Positions 15,922 to 20,000 of a stretch of 20,000 nucleotides of DNA are shown here, piece after piece. The position numbers were made by a program, and so were the translations under genes. The notes beneath the pieces are model-generated. The model was not told the origin of the DNA. It searched no databases and saw nothing but the letters and a program-made list of their open reading frames with translations. This stretch comes from an uncultured virus (IMG/VR IMGVR_UViG_2882234885_000002) (lineage: Duplodnaviria > Heunggongvirae > Uroviricota > Caudoviricetes), in IMG/VR virus record IMGVR_UViG_2882234885_000002. One strand, written 5' to 3'. Within the stretch, counting starts at the first letter, position 1. Every line of letters starts with the position of its first letter.

Positions 15922-15986
15922 TAGGATCTCTCCTTTTTTATTTTATTATACAACGCTCCAAACGAAAGTCAAGTGAGGTGAGCAAT

Positions 15987-17099
15987 ATGCCGGAGGCGTC
16001 TATCGTCATTACGGCCCAGGACCGCTACTCCAGCGCGGTCAAGAGCATGGCGTCCGTGACCAAGAGCTTTTCCAAGGACGCCGAGCAGATGGAGAAAACC
16101 CTCAGGAATCTCCAGAAAAACAAATACGACCTGAAGGTCAAGACCGATGAGGCCCGTTCCGAGCTGAAGGCGCTGGAGAAGCAGTACGCCGCCACGGGGG
16201 ATGAGGCGGACCGGCTCAAGGTGGAGCTGGCGCAGGCCAAATTCACCACGGCGCAGCAGAACCTTGCCCTGGTCACGAAGGGGGCGGCGGCGGCCCAGCG
16301 GCAGATGGAGAAAACGGGCGGAGCCTGGAGGAAGATGGAGACCACGGTGGGCGGCTCCTCCGGGATGAAGGGAATCGTCAGCGCCGTGGCGTCGATGGGG
16401 GCGGGGCAGATGCTGTCCCAGGCCGCGCAGCAGATCGGGAACACCCTCATTGGGAGCGCGTTCACATCGTCTGCCGGGACGGTGGTTTCCTCGATCTTGT
16501 CCGGCGCGGCTTCCGGCGCGGGCATCGGGGCCATGACCGGGACGACCTTCGGAACCGCCATTGGCGCGGCCATTGGCGGCGCGACGGGTCTGGCCACCGG
16601 CGCGTCCCAGGTGTTTTCCAAGAAGGACGACGCCTTCAAGAGCTATGTGCAGGCCGCCGTAGAGGGACAGATCTCCCAGCGGGAGAGCGACATTGCCTCA
16701 GGGTCCTCCATTGCCGCCGGGCGGGAGACTGACCTGGTTTCCTTCTCCACCATGTTCAAAAGCGAGGATACGGCAAAAAAGTATCTGGGCGACCTGGTGG
16801 AGATGGCCAACACCACGCCGTTCCTCTATGACGATCTGACCGCCATGTCCAAGACCCTGGCTACTTACGGCTACACGGCGGACAGCATCCTCCCGGTGCT
16901 GCGGACGGTGGGCGACACCGGCGCGGCCCTGGGAATGTCCACCGGCGACATGACCATGGTGTCCACCGCGCTGGGGCGCATGAAGTCCAGCGACAAGACC
17001 ACCCTGGAATACCTCAATATCCTCAACGACCGGGGCGTGGGCGCGGTGGGGATGCTCTCCGACGCCTACGGGGTGGACCAGGGGACCATGTACGACATG
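15987..17099 (+). pseudogene. Tape measure protein, N-terminal ~370 aa only
   Basis: MPEASIVITAQDRYS, Ala/Gly-rich helical region, tape-measure motif LVEMANTTPF...LGRMKSS...YLNILNDRG. Reading then continues in frame into unrelated sequence to 17360. Confidence 0.8.
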
Positions 17100-17885
17100 T
17101 TTCTGTTCTCCCTGGCCGATCAGCCGAAGTACGGCGTGAAATACTGGGACCACCAGAACGGTGGGGCGATGCTCCGGGGGAAGTGGGAGTACGAGAAGTA
17201 CAACTATCCCGGCATCTGCATCGACAGGGACGGGCGACTGACGGGCGACTCACCACCGGCGGCAAGAGTGACGCGGTGTGGGACTACGCCGCCTGCGCCA
17301 ATGCTGGTTACATCGGCGGCAAGCGGGGCGCTGTCACCCCATATCCCCGCAACGGCCTGACCTACACCGGCCTGATGCCCACCGGGGACGTGGTGACCCT
17401 CCTGGCGACCAAAGACACGCCCATGACCGGCGACGAGGCCATGGAGGCGCTCCACAATGCCGGGTGTGTGGACATCCTGCGGTGGGACGGCTCTTATCAC
17501 GAGGCGGGGTTTGCGCTGGACCTGGCGCGGCGAATGGAGAAGGTCCTGACCCGCTGCGGCATTGAGGTCACGCTGACCCGGAAGGATAGGTACACGCTCA
17601 CCGGCGGTCATCGTGGAGCACGGCTTCCACACCAACCGGGAGGACACGGCGCTCCTGAAGGACAGCGCTTACCGGGAGAAGCTGACGGAAGCCGAGTGCA
17701 GGGGCATCTGCGACTACCTGGTCGTGGCGTACAAGACTGTGCCGGTGGAGGAGGTGCCCTGGTATCAGGAGGACCAGAAGTGGGCCGTGGCCCGGGGGAT
17801 CACGACCGACGGGAGCAGACCCACGGAAGCGGCCACACGGGCGGAGGTTTGGGCCATGCTGAGACGAAGGGAGGGAAAGTGGTGA
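17100..17885 (+). pseudogene. Fragmented endolysin: phosphodiester-glycosidase-like, Amidase_3 and SLH-like pieces
   Basis: ...AGCVDILRWDGS (NAGPA-like), YHEAGFALDLARRMEKVL...VTLTR and PAVIVEHGFHTN (Amidase_3), PWYQEDQKWAVARGI...RPTEAATRAEVWAML (SLH-like). Frames are discontinuous. Confidence 0.7.
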
Positions 17886-17886
17886 T

Positions 17887-18308
17887 ATGGATCTCAAGGC
17901 GTGGGTAGCGGCGTGCTGCGCGGCCCTTACCGCCATCTGGGGCTGGTTCGGATGGATCATCGTGGCGTGGATATTGTTCATGACAATCGACTACATCACG
18001 GGTTCCGGAGCGGCAATCAAGAGCGGCGAATGGTCGTCTCAGAAGGCAAGAAAGGGTATCTGGCACAAGGCCGGGTGCATCGCCGCCGTGGTGATGGCCG
18101 GTATCCTAGCCAATCTGCCCAGCGTGACCCTTCCTTTTCCTTACACTGTGTTCCTCTGCCCCCTGGTGGTGTTCTGATACATCCTCACCGAGGCGGGCAG
18201 CTCGTGGAGAATGTGGGAGCCATGGGCGCATCGGTGCCCGAGTGGCTCAAGAAGGCTATCGCGGCATTGCAGGATAAGGTGGATGAGACGGCTGGGAAAA
18301 CGGAATAG
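17887..18308 (+). pseudogene. Phage holin (toxin secretion/phage lysis family) with an internal stop and a frameshift
   Basis: IDYITGSGAAIKSGEWSSQKARKGIWHK. TGA at 18175-18177 where Trp is expected, then YILTEAGS / VENVGAMGASVPEWLKKAI in another frame. Confidence 0.85.
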
Positions 18309-18318
18309 GTCAAGCACT

Positions 18319-18360
18319 GCCCCCATCACCTGTAAAAGAGTGGTGGGGGCGTCGTTTTTT
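18319..18360 (+). terminator. Rho-independent terminator after the holin
   Basis: gcccccatcac...gtggtgggggc followed by gtcgtttttt. Confidence 0.65.
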
Positions 18361-18424
18361 GTTAGCATTTTCGTTAGCATTTTTGATTCAAAAACGCTAA
18401 TTTATGTTCTTAAAATTTGTAGTC

Positions 18425-19768
18425 GATAAAGTACAATAAGTTTCGCAAAAACAAAAAGACATGGTTTGCAGATCTCTGGTAGAATGAAGTTGCGACACAC
18501 CATTCTGAAAGGAGACAGCAAACCATGTCCGAGAAGATTGTACAGCTAAACGAGGAAGTAATCAAGGGGCAGCTCAAGGAGCTGGTTCGAGGCAGCGTAG
18601 AGGAAACTCTCAACGAGCTGCTGGAAGCCGAGGCGGAGAAACTGACCCAGGCGGCCCGGTACGAGCGTAGTGAGCAGCGCCAGGGCTACCGCAGCGGGCA
18701 CTACAACCGCAACCTCACCACCACTTCCGGGAACGTTACCCTCAAGGTACCCAAACTCAAGGGAATCTCCTTTGAGACTGCTATCATTGATCGGTATCGC
18801 CGTCGTGAAAGCAGTGTGGAAGAGGCGCTCATTGAGATGTACCTGGCAGGTGTATCCGTCCGGCGCGTGGAGGACATTACAGAAGCTCTGTGGGGCAGCA
18901 AGGTCTCTCCCTCCACCATCAGCGAGCTAAACAAGAAAGCGTATGTCCATATTGAAGATTGGCGCAATCGCCCTTTGCAAGGTGGACGGTACCCGTATGT
19001 CTACGTAGATGGCATCTACGTGCGCCGAAACTGGGGCGGAGAGTTTGAAAATGTAGCCATTCTGGTAGCCATTGCGGTGAACGAGGATGGCTACCGCGAG
19101 GTTCTTGGTGCAGCCGAGGGCATGAAAGAAGACAAGGGCAGCTGGATTAGTTTCTTTCAATGGCTGCGTGGCCGTGGGCTGGACGGAGTCAAACTGGTGG
19201 TTGGAGACAAGTGCCTTGGCATGCTGGAAGCCGTGGGAGAAGTGTTCCCCGAAGCAAAGTACCAGCGTTGCACCGTCCACTTTTACCGCAATGTGTTCTC
19301 TGTAACGCCTCGCTCCAAGGTGTGGCTGGTGGCAAGATGCTCAAGGCGATCCATGCGCAGGAGAGCAAAAGAGCCACCAGAGAAAAGGCTAAGGCTGTGG
19401 TGGAGGAACTCCATTCCATGAAACTGAAGGAAGCTGCCAAGAAGGTAGAGGATGGTATAGAAAAGACTCTTACCTACTGCAATTTTCCCAGCGAACACTG
19501 GACTCGCATCCGCACCAACAATGTCATTGAGAGGCTGAACCGGGAGATCCGCCGCCGCACCCGTGTGGTGAGCAGTTTCCCGGACGGTAACTCTGCTCTG
19601 ATGCTGGTCTGTGCCCGGTTGCGCCATGTGGCCGGCACCCAGTGGGGCAACAAAAAGTACATGAATATGAAGCACCTGGAGGCTGCCGTTGAGGACGCCT
19701 CCATTGCTGGCTGACTTCATTCACTCCAGAGGCTGCAAACCAATTTGCGCAAAACTGTTGACACTGCC
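18425..19768 (+). mobile_element. IS256-family insertion sequence
   Basis: Left end GATAAAGTACAATAAGTTTCGCAAA, right end TTTGCGCAAAACTGTTGACACTGCC (imperfect IRs). Subterminal ggtttgcag..tctgg / ccaga.gctgcaaacc. Confidence 0.8.
18525..19714 (+). pseudogene. IS256-family (Mutator-like) transposase with a single frameshift near 19333
   Basis: GYRSGHYNR, MYLAGVSVRRV, YVYVDG, QRCTVHFYRN. The second frame reads KMLKAIHAQE...IRTNNVIERLNREIRRRTRVV. Confidence 0.92.
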
Positions 19769-19878
19769 TGGAAGAAACAGCGGGAGGTTGAACAACAGAA
19801 ACAGGCATAACACAAAGCGGGAACAACTCAATGGTGCTCCCGCCTTAATATCAATTATTTCACTTTGGGACAACTTGG

Positions 19879-20000
19879 GGCTGTTGACAAAGCCCACCTG
19901 CCGCGGAAAATATGATATAATGAGAAAAAGAGCGGAGAGGGGGATGGGAATGCAACTGAAACTGCACATGGTAACGATAGAAGATTTGGTCCCAGAGGGA
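19879..20000 (+). mobile_element. Left end and transposase N-terminus of a probable IS1182-family element (truncated by the window edge)
   Basis: Terminal-IR-like GGCTGTTGACAAA at 19879; ORF from 19944 reads MGMQLKLHMVTIEDLVPEG. Confidence 0.6.

Larger units (their letters stand above)
14721..18384 (+). mobile_element. Degenerate prophage remnant (PBSX Xkd-like tail module and lysis genes)
   Basis: Abrupt GC rise at ~14721. Gene order is tail tube, chaperone, tape measure, lysin, holin, with internal deletions. Confidence 0.85.

Noticed and set aside
14721..18308. Functional tailocin/PBSX-like bacteriocin
   Set aside because: Tube, tape measure, lysin and holin are all truncated or disrupted; sheath and baseplate genes are absent.
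19320..19345. Programmed frameshift in the IS256 transposase
   Set aside because: No slippery heptamer, and IS256 transposases are normally single ORFs; a 1-bp deletion or sequencing error is more likely.

Overview
The window is an accessory mosaic, probably from a gut Clostridia (Oscillospiraceae-like) genome. (1) 1-3.9 kb is the core of an integrative mobilizable element: divergent XRE repressor, Xis-like gene, tyrosine integrase, RHH/MobC-like gene, RepA-like AAA ATPase, an iteron-like inverted repeat and a MOB_V-like oriT. A decayed Mob/Pre relaxase lies at 10.7-11.4 kb. (2) 4.0-10.1 kb is a minus-strand operon of blaI, an M56 protease that stops before its last helix/TM, and two large extracellular proteins. 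Each of the two begins with what looks like the missing C-terminal M56 segment plus TM/lipobox. This apparently split, multi-sensor BlaR1-like system is the most novel-looking feature. (3) 11.6-14.7 kb is low-GC cargo: a small membrane protein, an internalin-type LRR protein bracketed by two copies of a structured repeat, and a frameshifted OLD-like ATPase. (4) 14.7-18.4 kb is a heavily deleted prophage tail/lysis remnant. It retains an intact type I toxin-antitoxin-like cassette, a G/GT -1 frameshift chaperone and a reverse-oriented micro-membrane-protein moron. (5) 18.4-20 kb holds a frameshifted IS256-family element and the left end of a probable IS1182-family element. Family assignments come from motif recognition only; no database search was run.
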